From Pseudomonadota bacterium (lineage in GTDB: Bacteria; Desulfobacterota; Desulfovibrionia; Desulfovibrionales; Desulfovibrionaceae): a stretch of 24,361 nt of DNA. This document shows, in pieces, positions 24,278 through 24,361 of this stretch. The stretch is from contig JAEXTU010000020.1 of the NCBI GenBank assembly GCA_023453335.1, forward strand, positions 1 to 24,361, written 5' to 3'. The translations under genes were made by a program, and so were the position numbers. The notes under the pieces are model-generated. The model was not told the origin of the DNA, did not search any database, and worked only from the letters and a program-made list of their open reading frames with translations. Every line of letters starts with the position of its first letter. Positions within the stretch are counted from its first letter, which is position 1.

Positions 24278-24361
24278 GCGCCCTCCCCTCCCCCGCCCGT
24301 TCCGCCGCCCGTTCCCCCCAGGATGGCCGCCCCCGTGGCGTACCAGTCCTCGCCCACGGCC
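24274..24361 (-). CDS. 3' end of an upstream gene entering from outside the window (product unknown)
   Basis: Open frame ...AVGEDWYATGAAILGGTGGTGGGEGA-stop; its TGA (24274-24276) overlaps the ATG of the SpsF-like gene in the ATGA arrangement seen elsewhere in the operon. Confidence 0.55.
   Translation of the reverse strand, partial: AVGEDWYATGAAILGGTGGGTGGGGEGA

Larger units (their letters stand above)
1..24361 (-). other. Nonulosonic-acid glycan biosynthesis and modification operon extending beyond both edges
   Basis: All genes are co-oriented with overlaps or gaps of 15 nt or less (one of 43 nt); NeuB, cytidylyltransferases, PseG-like, DegT, GNAT and WbuX-like content. Confidence 0.85.

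Noticed and set aside
24281..24320. Short direct repeat GCCCGTTCC (two copies, 12-nt period) and C-runs
   Set aside because: It encodes a Gly/Thr-rich low-complexity C-terminal tail; too short to be a meaningful repeat or contingency tract.
1..24361. CRISPR arrays, tRNA/rRNA genes, IS elements, intrinsic terminators, promoters
   Set aside because: There is essentially no intergenic space and I saw no repeat-spacer pattern, transposase motif or hairpin with a U-tract.

Overview
A very GC-rich bacterial window occupied end to end by one tightly packed minus-strand operon. It holds 20 complete CDSs plus two truncated at the edges; gaps are 15 nt or less or the genes overlap, apart from one 43-nt gap. 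It looks like a nonulosonic acid (pseudaminic/legionaminic-type) surface-glycan or flagellin-glycosylation locus. The core genes are a NeuB-family synthase, two SpsF/PseF-like cytidylyltransferases, a PseG/SpsG-like protein, a DegT aminotransferase, a GNAT acetyltransferase, a Gfo/Idh/MocA oxidoreductase and two probable GT-B-fold transferases. The tailoring set is unusually large: two NodU/TobZ-type carbamoyltransferases, two sulfotransferase-like proteins, an AsnB amidotransferase, a probable Cys1-less AsnB-like protein, a class I SAM methyltransferase, a radical SAM/SPASM-twitch enzyme and a B12-dependent radical SAM enzyme. The most striking item is an 874-aa fusion of a WbuX/PseA-type N-acetyl sugar amidotransferase to a complete amidase-signature domain, which suggests a self-contained ammonia or amine supply replacing the usual HisH/HisF-like partners. 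Also notable are a UDP-sugar dehydrogenase homolog that appears to have lost its catalytic Cys/Lys and a PseG-like protein with Asp in place of the catalytic His. All calls come from motif recognition by eye; no database search was run. The long plus-strand ORFs are antisense shadows.
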